From Octopus sinensis (Eukaryota): DNA of 64,000 nt. This document shows, piece after piece, positions 49,977 to 63,832 of the stretch (within the stretch, counting starts at the first letter, position 1; every line of letters begins with the position of its first letter). The notes below the pieces were generated by a model. It was not told the DNA's origin, did no database searches, and was given only the letters and a program-made list of their open reading frames with translations. The translations under genes and the position numbers were made by a program. The stretch covers positions 5,766,001-5,830,000 of the forward strand of contig NC_043011.1 of assembly GCF_006345805.1 (NCBI RefSeq), given 5' to 3'.

Positions 49977-50779
49977 TTACTTGCGCATATTCATATATAA
50001 ATAATTAAATCTTAAGAACGAGAAGAAAAGAAATAGCCATTAGAAAGTTGACTAAGGTTGGTTTAATAAATGGAGTGGGGGAGAAGAGAGGGGGCTCACG
50101 GCGGTGAGGGGTTGTAGTGACTTGTATACTGTGAATATAATAGAGAAAGTAGGATGGAAACGGGAGAGGGGACAGGGAAAGAAAGTATGTTAAGAAGTGA
50201 CAGGATGGCATCACATGTGTGTGGAGGAAGGGGGGATAACTTCAAGATCACAGGCGCACACTCTCTCTCTCTCTCTCTCTCACTCACTCACTCACACACA
50301 CACTCACTCTTTCTCTCTCTCTCTCTCTCTCTCTCACTCACTCACACACTCTCACAAAGTCAAACATTATCTGAAAGTTCAATGTCTACAATTAACTGGA
50401 CCATCGAATTTATTTTTTTCAAGGGAAACAGTTGACAGTAACTGCGAAGTATCCCTAATTTATTTGAGGGAATGTGTGCGCGTGAATGCATGTGAGTGTG
50501 TGTCTAAGAGTAAGATGAAGCTGGTTCAACATCAAAACTTTGAAGTCACTGTTACCCCTCTTGCTGTAATAAGTTTCATGAATATGTGCTCTACGGAAAG
50601 AAATATTGAGTAATCCTTCAGTTCAATGTTAGATCGTTTCTTTATAAACTTGACAGGAAAACAACGTTTATGTCTGTGTGCGTGTGTGTGTGTGTGCGTG
50701 CATGTACACAAACAGAAAAGGATTACTAATGGGAAAGCATAAACGTGTATAGGAAATGAATTCAGAAGTTTGACATAAA

Positions 50780-51830
50780 CAGGGTGTCGTCTAAATTACG
50801 CAAAAATGAAAATAACACTCGCATCTCATTTTAACAGATATATTTACCAAAATTACATAAAAATATCTTGAAATACTAAAGAGTAAATTTATTCAAAAAA
50901 ATCGCCATTGGCTTCAACCACGGCCTTTAGATGACTTTGGAATCTCCTGCAACTCTTCTGGACGGTCTCCTTGTTTAAGTTGGTAAGTGCTGTCATAATC
51001 CTTGCCTTCAATTCATCTTTAGTGTTACAAGGAGTTCTGTATGCCACTCGCTCAACTGTGACCCACACATAATAATCAAGGGGGTTGTAGTCTGGGGAGT
51101 TAGGTGGCCATATGTTAGGGGTAATGGGGTCGCAGAAATTGTCCGACAGCCATGACTGGATTCTCCTGCTTGTGTGGCATGGTGCAGAGTCCTGTTGCCA
51201 GACACAGGGTCTTCCAGCAGCCACCTTCTTGACCCAGGGCAGCACTACCTCCTCCAGGCACTTGATGTAGGCCTCCGTGTTGAGTGTGAGGCCATGTGGG
51301 AAGATGAATGGAAGTATAATTCTTTCTATTATAGGCACAACGTCTGAAATTTTCAGGGAGGGGGCAAGACGATCACATCAACCCCAGTATTTAACTGGTA
51401 CTTATTTAAAGGACCCTAAAAGGATGAAAGGCAAATTGACCTCGGCGGAGTTTGAACTCAGAACGAAGCAGCAGATGAAATACCTATTTCTTTACTACCC
51501 ACAAGGGGCTAAACACAGAGAGGACAAACAAGGCCAGACAAATGGATTAAATCGATTATATCGACCCCAGTGCATAACTGGCACTTATTTAATCGACCCC
51601 GAAAGGATGAAAGGCAAAGTCAACCTCAGCAAAATTTGAACTCAGAACATAACGGAAGACGAAATACCGCTAAGCATTTTGCCCGGCATGCTAACGTTTC
51701 TGCCAGCTCGCCACCTTACAATGAATGGAAGAATAATGCTGCCATCATTAGTGATCACTCCAAACACCATGTTGATCGGATGTTTGATTTTTATCACTCT
51801 TGGTACATGTCCTCGGGTGTGTTTGTCCTC
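50780..51830 (-). mobile_element. maT-family (DD37D) Tc1/mariner transposon, 5'-truncated, interrupted by a SINE B dimer
   Basis: ORF 50889-51338: WQQDSAPCH..WPPNSPDYNPLDYYVW with 37 residues between the second and third Asp. Upstream part MVFGVITNDGSIILPFI at 51720-51800. Terminus CAGGGTG at 50780. Confidence 0.9.
51321..51720 (-). mobile_element. SINE family B dimer with ~17-bp TSD inside the maT transposase
   Basis: ATGAATGGAAG(T/A)ATAAT at 51304-51320 and 51721-51737; internal junction AAATA|GGTATTTCA. Confidence 0.88.
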
Positions 51831-52148
51831 TACTAACACTTGAGAACCAGTGTTGGTTTGTTTACATCCCTGCGACTTAGCAGATTGGCAAAAAGAGAGC
51901 AACAGAATAAATACCAGGTATTAAAAAAAATAAATAGTGGAACTGGTTTGCCTTATTAAGCCCTTCAAGGTATTGCCCCAACATGGCCACAGTCCAATGA
52001 CTGAAATTAATAAGAGATAAATGGTAAGCGTTTGCACTGGCTGCTCTGTGTGTGTATCTGAGTATACTTTGATGTATATATGTGTATGCCCACATGTGTT
52101 GATGTTTGTGTATGCATGGCTGTGTTGTGTATACATACATACACATAT

Positions 52149-52207
<59 letters not shown>

Positions 52208-52970
52208 ATACACACACACACATACATGTATGTGTATGCATACATATATATGAACACATGTGTGTATGTATTATATATATGTATGTATGTATATATATAG
52301 TCACATGTATGTGTATGTGTTTATACGTAAAAGACAGAAGTCTTGGGGTGGGGGGTGGACAGAAAACATTTCTAAGTATTTCTGCCTTAATTAAAAGCAA
52401 GAATTACAAATTTGATGAAGCTTGAAGCAATCAAAGACTAAAAAAATTACAAATAAAACAAACACCACCACCGCATCACCACCACACCTCCTCCTCCTCC
52501 TCCTTCATATCTTTTTCTTTCTTTTCAATATTTTCAAATGAAATTCTCACCATATGCCATGTAATTAAACACCATTGAACCAGTATGGGAGGGTGTGTGT
52601 GTGTTTGTATTTGAGCATATATCTACGTGTGTGCATGAGTGTATATATACATATATGTATATATCATCATCATCATCATACATCCGTTGTCCATGCTGGC
52701 ATGGATCATATATATATATATCATCATCATCATCATCATCATCATCATTGTTTAACGTCTGCTTTCCATGCTGGTATGGGTTGGACGGTTTGACTGAGGA
52801 CTGGCAAACCAGGAGGCTGCACCAGGCGCCAATCTGATCCGGTGAGGTTTCTACTGCTGGATGTCCTTCCTAACGCCAACCACTTCAAGAGTGTTGTGAA
52901 TGCACTTTACATGCCACTGGCATGGGGGCCAGTCAGGTGGCACTGGCGTCGACCACACTCGAATGGTGCT

Positions 52971-53030
<60 letters not shown>

Positions 53031-53071
53031 ATAGATGTGTGTGTGTATATATAAATATATATATATGTATG

Positions 53072-53117
<46 letters not shown>

Positions 53118-53265
53118 TGTATGTATATATATTAGCGAAGCCCCAGCATGGCCGCAGCTTTGAGCTGAAAAGAATAAAAAAATATATATTCATATGTGTG
53201 TGTGTGTGTGTGTTGGTGTGTGTGCATGTGTGTATGTATATATGTGCGTGTACATTCATATACGT

Positions 53266-53299
<34 letters not shown>

Positions 53300-53899
53300 T
53301 TCTCCAACAAATGGTTTAGTTTTCGTTCTTTTGTTCTTTTTGTTTTCTGTAGTCTGGTGCAGAGGGGGAGGGGTTCCTAAAAATCCCCCTGCCCCCTGCC
53401 GGCCTTACAGTTTTCTGTTATTTCACAGGTCTTTCTAGACATTAAGGGTGAGAGGTTGAGGTTTGGGTAAACCATATGTCATACAATTAGCACTAAACTG
53501 ATGAAAACTCCCTTATGTTATGGTGGTGGTGGTGCTGGTGGTGGCGTTAGCGGTGACGGTGATGAATGATGATAGTATGGTGATGGTGGTTGTGGTGGTG
53601 GTAGCAGTAGTAGTAGTTATAGTGATGGGGAAGTACTTCTTGGTAATAATAATGAAAAGAAAAAAACTTAGGGATTCTTCTTAAGGGATTTTTTTTTTTA
53701 TAAGAATTTGAGAAATTAATTCTGGTTAATCTGGGAGGTGTCTTTGGTGCCTGCCAGTCTTGTTTAAATTGTTTACTGGGTAAATTTAATGTTGATTGGA
53801 CAATATCATATGACAATGAAGAAGCCGGATCTGTATAGGAGAAATTATCAAGAAGTTTGCACCCATTTTAGTACTGAAAAGTATACCGAAGGTGGTGGG

Positions 53900-54150
53900 G
53901 AGGAGAATACACATAACAACAAGCCAGACATTGTGATCATTGACGAAAAAAAAAAAAGGTATCTTATATGACATCTTATACTCACATACAAACACATATT
54001 TGATACCAGAATCAAGAGTTCAGAATATTTTACCAAATTGAAGATTGAAATATTCAAATGTTGAAATTATAATGTCATGGTTACGGTCGTGCCAATTATT
54101 ATTAAGGATTTGGGCCCAGTGATGAAGAATTCAAGAAGAAATTTCAGCAA
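53900..54150 (+). pseudogene. Fossil restriction-like endonuclease (RLE) domain of an R2/R4/NeSL-type LINE
   Basis: NKPDIVIIDEKKKRYLI then, after frameshifts, LKIEIFKC*NYNVMVTVVPIIIKDLG; matches the PD..D..K RLE C-terminal pattern. Confidence 0.7.
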
Positions 54151-54877
54151 ACCTGACCTTAATCTGTGTGCTAGGCAGAGAACTTGTTAACTTAAATCAT
54201 CAAGAATCATCTAGAAAGACCTTGATACGAAGCAAGGGCATGCATGAACAGCATAGAGGGACCTTAACAGAAAGAGCAAGAAGGATTGTTACCCCTCAAT
54301 CATGGGCTGTGGTTCAACAGCAATATATAGCATAATAATAATGGCTTTAAATTCTAGCACAAGGCCAGCAATTTGGGGGGAGAAAATAAATTGATTACAT
54401 TGACCCCAGTGCTCGGCTGGTACTTATTTTATCAACCCTGAAAGGGATGGAAGGCTAAGTCAACCACAACGGTATTTGAACTCAGAATGTGACAAAATGC
54501 CTCTAAGCATTTTGCACAGTATGCTAATGATTCTGCCAGCTCACCACCTTAATAATAATAATAATAATAATAATCCTTTCTACTGGAGACACAAGGCCTT
54601 AAATTTGTGGGGAGGGAAATAGTCGGTTAGATCGACCCCAGTGTTTCACTGGTACTTAATTTGTCAACCCCAAAAGGATGAAAGGCAAAGTCGACCTCAG
54701 CAGAATTTGAACTCAGAACGTAGTGGCAAGTGAAATACCACTAAGCATTTCGTCCAGTATGCTAACAATTCTGCCAGCTCGCCTCCTTAATAATAATAAT
54801 TATTATTATTATTATTATTATCATTATTATTATTATTATTTCTACCCTAGGCACAAGACCTTGAATAATAATAATAA

Positions 54878-55208
54878 TAACGAGCACTCAGAGAGCGCAA
54901 ATCTCTGCCAAGGCAACACCAACATCCTCTCAACGATTAGCTGGAGATGATTTTTAAAATGAGAATACTAAAAATGACCCCGACTGCTCTCAAAAATTAA
55001 GTAAAAAAACAGGGAAAATAATCCAGACTCCTTGTCTGGTTACGGATCAATCCCAAAATCTAATCAGTTTGTGCCAGTCACAAGGCCAAGCATCCCTGAA
55101 AGTTTCATCCAAATCCATCCAGCAGTTCTTGAAATATCTTGTCCACAAACTAACAAACAAACAAACACGACTGAAAACAATACCTTTGCCTTCGCTAAGG
55201 CGAAGGTA
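54878..55208 (-). mobile_element. Second HINE/DINE-1-like copy
   Basis: Reverse complement of 6683-7045, with an internal deletion between direct ATTCTC repeats. Confidence 0.7.
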
Positions 55209-56175
55209 ATAATAATAATAACAACCATGTCGCGCACATATGGTTGTGATGCATGTGCCTGGTGTACCCTTGTCAGACAGGTAGTCACGATGGGTATAGT
55301 GGGCTTCGTATATTTAACCCCAGTGTCACTTTGATGGCATGCACTGCTCTCTCATTCAATAATTATAATAAAGAGATAAATTCTTCAGTAAAACCTATTT
55401 AAAAACAATGAAATATATACAACTTACCTCACTGTTTGTATACAAATATGTTGAAATGTCACTTGAGTAAAACAATTATTTTGACATCTGAAATATAATA
55501 AAGAAATATTAGAATATTTTTTGAGCAATTTTTTTGAAGGAAAAACACTGAGAAAGAAAAAAATATTGGAGAGAAGTCAAAGAATCAAACAGCAGTAATA
55601 TACACACTGTGGTCAAATAAAAACTGGGATGGTCATGGCCAGAATACCTTTGATCATAAGTTTGGATGAAGACTGACCTGGTTCTAAACAACAACAAAGA
55701 CAGATACGTTAAATAATGTAGTCCTAGACACACTATGGCTAAAAAAAAATGGGGTGCTCATTGCTGAAATACCTATCACCATAGGTCTGTTACATCGATG
55801 GTACCTGGTTCAAATCATTCAAAATTTCTGTTTGAAAGTAATCTGAAATTTCAGTGGTCACCTTCCACCAAGATTTATGTTCGAAACACTAGTCTTCAGG
55901 AGGCTGGATTCACTCAATGTTTATTCGCTTCCATTACTGGTTGCATATGCTGGTGAAGTATGTACATCTACTAACATTATAAAGTAACTCTGAACCCCCA
56001 GAAACAGCTGTTGGAGTGGTAACACGATATCTTCTTCGTTTTCATTTTCTGTCTTTGTACTTTGTCTAAGTTTGCTCTGTTAATATATAAATATTTATAT
56101 TTTTATACTTGAATATTCTTCTGAAAATTTTCAATCTTTGCCTTCTCTCCATTTACATGTATACATGTATGTATG

Positions 56176-56215
<40 letters not shown>

Positions 56216-56359
56216 ATCCAAACAAGAAAGCACAAAAAAAAAACACAACAACGCGAGGACGTGGAACAAATATAGTATTATATATATATATTGTATATCT
56301 AACCCAAGCAATTTTATTTGTTCATTTGTACCACTATCTCTCTCTCTCTCTCTTCTCTC

Positions 56360-56430
<71 letters not shown>

Positions 56431-56609
56431 CATATAGGCTTCTTTAATTTTATATCTACCAAATCCACTAGCAAGACTTTGGTTGGCCTGAGGCTATAGC
56501 AGAAGACACTTGCCCAAGCTGTCATGCAGTGGGATTGAACTAGGAACCATGTAGTTAGGAAGCAAGCTTCTTACCACATACCATGTCTGCATCTATATGG
56601 TAACAAAAG

Positions 56610-56775
56610 GGTTAAAATGATTTAGATTCCATCAAAATTTCATCCAAAATTATGTTCCAAACACCAGATTAATAAATGACAAAGACATTCTAATAAATTC
56701 TTCACAATTTTCAAAATTTATTGAAGCAAACGCAGAATATATCTCAACAGAAATATTTTAACAAAAGAATTAATC
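56610..56775. mobile_element. Short AT-rich repeat (MITE-like); related copy at ~58955-59105
   Basis: Shared ccatcaaaattt..ttatgttccaaacac..ttaata segment. Confidence 0.45.
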
Positions 56776-57412
56776 ACAACATTCTTTGTGAAGGCGTCTA
56801 AGTCCATGAATTTTCCTTGACCTTTCTAATGTTCTGTCTTTAGTTTCATGTTAGTCCAATTCCTTGATCTCCTTAGAATTCCAAATACATTATTTACATT
56901 ATTTAACATTTTTCTTTCCTTGTAATGACTAATTATAAAAATTAATTTCCCTTTCTGCAAAAAACAGAATTTGCTTCAAGAGCCAATTTTTAATAGAGAA
57001 TATTTAATTATTTTTCTTTTGTAAAAGACAAAATTTTCCAGCCATTTTTAATTTAATAATTAAAAAAAAAAAAAGATGCCAAAGTCCCAATAAAATTGAG
57101 AGACACAGTGAAAGTGTCATAGCACCTCCTCCCCTCTGATGTGTCTGTCAACCTCTTATCATCAGCATCAATACAGCTATATTAATATAGCCATATATCT
57201 TAATCTCTCAATCTATTCTCACCTCTTCGTTCCCCTCACACATTTCTCTGCTACTCTCACTGCAATTTACCTCTCACTTCTCCTCTCCCACCTTAATGCT
57301 TCTCACCCCCCCCCCCGTCTTTCCCTCTCTTCCCAAACCCTGCCATTCCATTCATTGGCTCTACTCTTCCTGCCACTCTTCCTCTTTATTGTAATAAATA
57401 CTTCATGTGTGT

Positions 57413-57457
<45 letters not shown>

Positions 57458-57649
57458 TACTCTTCTGTCCCCTTCGCCCAGCTGCCCTCATATTCCAAGA
57501 GCCTGACAAAAGACAGAGACCAAGTCATTTGGACTTTTCAATAAAAGATTCTCCTATCCTTTGGTTTCAGCCATTGGACTGTGACCGTTTGCAGACACAA
57601 GACACACAGACAGACATGCAGACGTTCAGAAAACCAGACAGGGACACAG

Positions 57650-57880
57650 CTAAGTAGCATGTGTGTGTATGTGAGTGTATGTATGTGTGTGTGTGTGTAT
57701 GTGAGTGTATGTATGTGAGTGTATGTGTCTGTGTGATATCTCAGCTTGTGTATACATGTGTGTGTGTTTGTGGTGTGTGTGTGTGTGTGTGTGTGAGTGT
57801 GTGTGAGTATGATATTTCAGCTTGTTTGTGTGTGTATGATGCCTCGGCCTGTGTCTGTACGTGTGTGCATGTGTGTGTGT

Positions 57881-57920
<40 letters not shown>

Positions 57921-58025
57921 AGTGTGTGTTTGTGTGTGTAAGTATGATATTTCAGCGTGTTTGTGTGTGTATGATGCCTCGGCCTGTGTCTGTACGTGTG
58001 TGTGTGTGTGTGTTTGTATATGTGT
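57650..58025. repeat. (TG)n-rich tract with a duplicated ~55-bp unit
   Basis: gatatttcagc..tgtatgatgcctcggcctgtgtctgtacgtg occurs twice. Confidence 0.85.
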
Positions 58026-59639
58026 TTTTTTTTCCACACAGCTTGATATTGTTTTCAAGTCTTCATTTCTTGCAGCAGTGTCAGCTTAATTAAATGTAGG
58101 TCCTCGTTAGTGTATAATGTACAGCAGATACTAAATTAGATTAGATCCTCGTTAGCATATAATGTACAGCAGACACTAAATTAGATTAAGAGGAGCAATT
58201 TGGCTTGAACTTGATATTTTGTTAGATACAGTCTACGGAATGACACACAATGATGTTGATTCATGACAAACGAGAGAGAAATGTCAAACCACTGGTTAGG
58301 AAGCTAGTCTATTGAAAAAGGACTTTCCCCAGTTTAGTTCCAGTAACAACTTACTATCTTACTACTATCTGCAATGAAGTGAGGTGATATGAAGTAAGCA
58401 GTTGGGGAGGACCTTGGATGGGAGGGAATAACGGAGCAGAAAAAGGGAAGAGAAAATAAAGATGGGGAGAAAGAGAGAGCAAGAAAGGAAGAAAAGAGAT
58501 ATGACAGTGAGGGAAGAGAGGGGGGAGAGAATGAAAGAAAAAAGGGAATAAAGAGAGCAGAGAATGAAAAAGGAGAGAAAGAAAAAGAAAACTGGGCTAA
58601 AGAGCAATGTTACCATAATTTTTTAAAATTTAAGATTTACACCAAAAGATTTGTGAAGTTTAACCTTTTTGGTGCCACCCAGCCTGAGACTGTCTCTGGT
58701 TCTAGGATAAAACCTTCTTGTTTTCAGCCTTCAGTATTTAGATTACTGTTAAATATAAAGCTTATTATTTCATTTTGTTTTAAATCAATCACGCATCATC
58801 ACATAACTTTGAGATTTTGATAATGTGATTGCTTATTTTAAGAATGGCATTGCATGGTAAGTGTGAGAGGTTGGATCTGGTCATTTTGAGCATACAACTG
58901 GTGGAATATTTGGGCCAGATATGGCTAGTTTAAATGCTGAAGTGTTAAAGTTATTCACAGTAAAACCGTCCATCAAAATTTTATGTCGATTTATGTTCCA
59001 AACACGAGGTTAATAAGGAGCAAGTTATTTAATTAAACTTTTCATTATTTTTAAAATTAATTGAAAGACAGTATATTTCAACAAAAATAGAGTAACATAA
59101 GGGTTAGGCATGTCTTTCTTCATATGGAATGGTAGATTTGTAAGGAAGACATGCAAGAATTTCAGTACACTATGTCAGTGAAAAGTGGGTACTGGATGTA
59201 GAATGCCTGTGGGGGATTGGAGAAAAGTGAGGTGGGCTTCAGGGTCTATATGGGATATATAATGTTAATCTTTATGTAAAGTGAGGAACATGTAAGCTGA
59301 AAGGTTAACTGGGTACTTAAGGGGTACCATAAGAGGTAGTAAGATATGGGGTTTATGGAAGATCAGTGAAGATCTCTGGAGAGGATTGAGTCAGATAGGA
59401 TCAGTGAGATGTATAATGTGTTTCAAATTTTAGCACAACGCCAGCAAGTGTGAGCGAGAGATTAAGTTGATTACATTGACCCCAGTGTTAAACTGGTACT
59501 TATTTTATTAACCCCGAAAGGATGAAAGGCAAAGTTGACCTCTGCAGCATTTGAACTCAGAACATAAAGACGAACCAAATGCCACTAAGTATTTTGCCCG
59601 GTGTGTTAATGATTCTGCCAGTTCGTCACCTTAATTAGT

Positions 59640-59830
59640 AAAGTGTATGATGTAAACCTCTGTGAAAAATGCGGTGCAGATGAGCTGAGGGATCGGTTGG
59701 GTGTTTAAGGGTATTGCAATGAGTATTCAGCAACATGTAATGAGATCTGTTAGATGTATAACAACCCTAATCTGCATGAACGAGGGGTACATGTGGTGCA
59801 ATATTAAAAGATATCATTAAATGTTACATG
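59640..59830 (+). mobile_element. Highly degenerate RTE-like LINE 3' fragment
   Basis: ADELRDRLGV.. reads like the RTE motif EELRxxLG..RRLRW.GHV.RMNE. Confidence 0.4.
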
Positions 59831-60002
59831 ATATTTTGCCAAGATGAAAGTCTGATGCAAAAGCAGCTCCATCATAAGTCTCTTTGAGAAGGTTTTCGGT
59901 CAAAGTCAAAAACTGGCGCTCTGTTGGTTATGACAACAAGGTTCCAGTTGGAAAATTACTATTTTTAAATCTCACAATGAGAGATATTCAGCAACAGTAC
60001 TT

Positions 60003-60283
60003 TGTAGTAAAGATTGTTTGCCAATGTAACATGGCAGTCCTGGTTTAGGACGAATGTTGCTGTAATTTAGCCCCAGGAGACATCATTTCCCGTTGTCTAT
60101 ATATGACACTGTCTGTGTCCTTATATTTTCGAGTGGGGGTGCTACATTCCCTTGTTTGAAAATATAAGGACACAGATCGTGTCATATAGCCAGCTGGAGA
60201 CGATGTCTCCTGGGGCTAAATTACAGCAACATTTGTCCTAAACCAGGACTGCCATATTATGTTGGCAAACAATCTTTACTACA
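60003..60283. mobile_element. 281 bp foldback MITE, ~125-bp imperfect TIRs
   Basis: TGTAGTAAAGATTGTTTGCCAA...TTGGCAAACAATCTTTACTACA; no TSD recognised. Confidence 0.85.
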
Positions 60284-60814
60284 GGGGTTCCAGTTGTTCC
60301 AACCCGCTCGTTAAATTAGCATGAAAGTGGCTGAGCGCTCCACAGACATGTGTACCCTTAATGTAGTTCTCAAGGGAGATTCAGTGTGGCACAAAATGTC
60401 ACAAAGCTGGCCCTTTGAAACATAAGGTACAATGCATTTTTGCCAGTCGAGTGAATTGGAGCAATGTGAAATAAAGTGTCTTGCCAAGGACACATGTCAC
60501 TAGGCAATGAACTCACTATCTTAGGATTGTGATCCAAATCCCCTAACCACTGAGCCACATACCTTCACCCTGTGACAATACATCACAGTTAGTACCATTA
60601 TATGTTTGTGTATACATTATAAAATAACGATCTGTTACATAGATTGTTATTTTAATATACTGTATATATTCACAGGTAGGTCGCACCAGCAGATAGGTTG
60701 CACCCCTTAGTTTGGGGTTGCCAAACCAGGTATTTACGGTTGACTTGCAGTTAGGTTGCTCTATAATCTGGGGAATTACAATGGCCCCTTTTTAATGTAA
60801 CTATAACTAATATT

Positions 60815-61203
60815 TACTCTTTTACTTGTTCTGCGGCCATGCTGGAGCACCGCCTTTAGTCGAGCAAATCGATCCCGGGACTTATTCTTTGTAAGCCCAG
60901 TACTTATTTTATCGGTCTCTTTTTGCCGAACTGCTAAGTGACGGGGACGTAAACACACCAGCATCAGTTGTCAAGCAATGCTAGGGGGACAAACACAGAC
61001 ACACAAACACACATACATATACATATATATATACATATATACAACAGGCTTCTTTCAGTTTCCGTCTACCAAATCCACTCACAAGGCATTGGTAAGCCCG
61101 GGGCTATAGCAGAAGACACTTGCCCAAGGTGCCACAGAGTGGGACTGAACCCGGAACCATGTGGTTGGTTAGCAAGCTACTTACCACACAGCCACTCCTG
61201 CGC
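60815..61203 (-). mobile_element. SINE family A, full length
   Basis: Reverse-complement copy. Other minus or partial copies: ~5890-6000, 12240-12370, 12800-12950, 15700-15835, 29030-29150, 35415-35485, 36490-36720, 37240-37400, 56440-56585. Confidence 0.85.
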
Positions 61204-61649
61204 CTTTGTTAAATGTTATCAAAGAATCCAAGATTCTGAGTACAAGTTCTTCAAAAGGCACAGGCACTACTGTATGGGGCAGGAAGCTGGCTTCCTGCCC
61301 ATGTGGTCTTGGGTTTAGTCCCACTATGTGGCACCTTGGGCAAGGTGTCTGCTATAGTCCCAGCACAACAAATACCTTATGAGTGGATTTCATAGATGGA
61401 AACTGAAAGAAGCCTATCGTGTGTATATTTATGTGTGTGTGTGTGTCTTTGTATTTTTGCCCCACCACTGCCTGTCAAGCAGTATTGGTTTTTTTACATC
61501 CCTGTAACTTAGCAGTTCAGCAAAAGAGACTAATAAGATAAGTACCGAACTTAAGAATCCTTCAAAGTGGTGCCCCAGCATGGCCACAGTCCAATGACAG
61601 AAACCAGTAAAAGGTATATAAACAAAGCACAAGACAAAGAGCTTTGTTA

Positions 61650-61960
61650 GGTGGTAAGAGACCAGATATGAGTGTGAGCAAGAACCAGCTGTTGCCAGAG
61701 TGAAATGCCAAAGGGTCACCAGGTACAGACCTGTATCCAGTTGCAAGTCCCTGTTCGAAGCCATTTCTCCAGGGCACAGTCAAAGAGTAGGAAGCAGAGG
61801 CAGACAAAACAGGTTCCTACTTAACAATATCAGGGACTGGGCAGGGCTTAATGCTGCAAGTTTTCTGGGTGAGACGGAGGACAACTATCAGGAGTAATCG
61901 TTGACTGCCAGAGCATGTAGAGGCACACGGCCAACGATTGGTAGTGTTACTGTTTCTCGT
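61650..61960 (+). mobile_element. RTE-clade LINE ORF2 C-terminal fossil
   Basis: QEPAVARVKCQRVTRY..SRGRQNRFLLNNIRDWAGL..ETEDN matches the RTE C-terminal pattern (..RRGRQ.K.W.DNI..WTGL..ATEDR). Confidence 0.65.
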
Positions 61961-62860
61961 GGAGGATGATAGGTACATGTAAGAAGGGTAACGCTACATG
62001 AAGCATGGAGCAATCTAATAAGAGATTTGTGAAAGGTTAGAGAGAAATTAGGTAAACATGATCAGCTGTACATGTAACGAAATGGAAGGTGGAGCCAAAA
62101 CACACTGGGGTGGGTGGAGAATATTTGGTTAATGAAGACAGCAAGAAAAGATGTAGGAAGGAGAGACGACTGTGATAATATAGATATATGATAGCACCAC
62201 CACTACACTGATTGCTCTGCCATATTCAGTTACAATCTTCAAGAGTTCAAATCCCACAGGAGTCGTGTTTCCCCTTCAATAAAGCAGGCAGCAGCCTAAG
62301 ACCAAGATTCATTGTCAAATCATTTACACTGTTTCCCAAAATATTTGGCCATGTGTCAGTGAAACAGATCGTTACTGGGTCGGCAAAGTGCCAGGAACGG
62401 TAGAGAGCTAGAAACAGCAGAGAAGCAGAACCAGTAGAGCAATAGACAAGATCCCTTACAGTAGATATTTAGTTCCATCATCTTTCTCTTCAAATCTTGC
62501 CCGGCTTCATCCTTCCTCTCAAGGTCAGTCAAAGTCCCAGTAATATACCAGGGATCAATCCAAACTACTTGACCCATGTTGTGACCACATAATGATGTAA
62601 ATTATCATTATCATCACATCATCATCATTATTTGTTGTTATTATTATTAAGGCAATGAACTGGCAGAATCTTTAGCACAGGCAAATGGCTTCGTGGTATT
62701 TTTTCTATTCTTGCATTGTGAGTTCAAATTCATCTGAGGTCGATTTTGTCTTTCATCCTTTCAGGGTTGATAAAATAAGTACCAGTTATGTACCAGGGTC
62801 AATATAATTGACTAGCCCCCACTCCAAAATTTCAGTCCTTGTGCCTATAGTAGAAAAAAC

Positions 62861-62900
<40 letters not shown>

Positions 62901-62906
62901 ATTATT

Positions 62907-63461
62907 GAGTAAGAGAGCAGTGCATGCCATCAAAGTGACACTGGGGTAAAACATACGAAGCCCAGTATACCCATCATGACTACCCGTCTGATAAGGGTAC
63001 ACCAGGAACATGCATCACAACCATATGTGTGCAACATAGTAATCTCATATCAAGATAAACAGTACATGACCTTGCAGGTGGGGCCCAGTTAGAATTTTCT
63101 TCAGGTCAAGTAGCCCATCCTGCTCAAAAGGTCCCTGAATAAGGGTTGTTTAAGGATATTGAATGAAACACCCATGTTTCCAGAGGTGAATTATTCAAAC
63201 CACAAAGAATTCTTCTCGACACATGGTTATGATACCTACCACTACTGCTACTCTTGATCAGAAATGCACATATCGTCAGCCACGAAGGGACATGCTCAAC
63301 TGGTTACGGTCAAACAACTGACAAGCAAATCTGTGGTATCAAGCAGAATATTTGCTGTGGCCCATCTTTTATACTAAGACAAAAATTGTACATGATAACA
63401 CTTCCAGTCAGTTAAGATCAGAAGCCATGAGAGCTACTGTCTGGTACTGCATAAGGACATT
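62907..63461. mobile_element. Family E repeat, second copy
   Basis: Reverse complement of 9007-9543 with a small internal indel. Confidence 0.75.
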
Positions 63462-63496
63462 TATGATTATTATTATTATTATTGAGTGAGTGAGTG

Positions 63497-63832
63497 ACCC
63501 CCTCCGGTTATGAATGACCATGGGATTGCACCTAGAGAGTTACCCTTAGAAGCACAAGTCCAGGCAAGGTTGTTTATGGAAGACCAGTAGTCGCCCATGC
63601 ATATCAGCCCCCACCCCTCTCCATGCCACTGATGTTATCCAAGGGAAAGGCAAAGGGGCCGATACAGCTTGGCATCAGTGACATCGCAACTCATTTCTGC
63701 AGCTGAGTGAACTGGAGCAACGTGAAATAAAGTGTCTTGCTCAAGAACACAACACTCAGCCCGGTCCAGGAATTGAACTCACTACCTTGTGGTTGTGAGC
63801 CCGACGCTCAAACCACTGAGCCATGTGCCTTC
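63497..63832 (-). mobile_element. SINE with family D head/core and a different 3' body
   Basis: Shares head and GTGTTCTTGAGCAAGACACTTTATTTCACGTTGCTCCAG; the body differs from 11350-11635. Confidence 0.75.

Noticed and set aside
58098-58190. 45-bp tandem duplication; similar small ones at ~13678-13735 and ~35058-35092
   Set aside because: Common slippage duplications with no further features.
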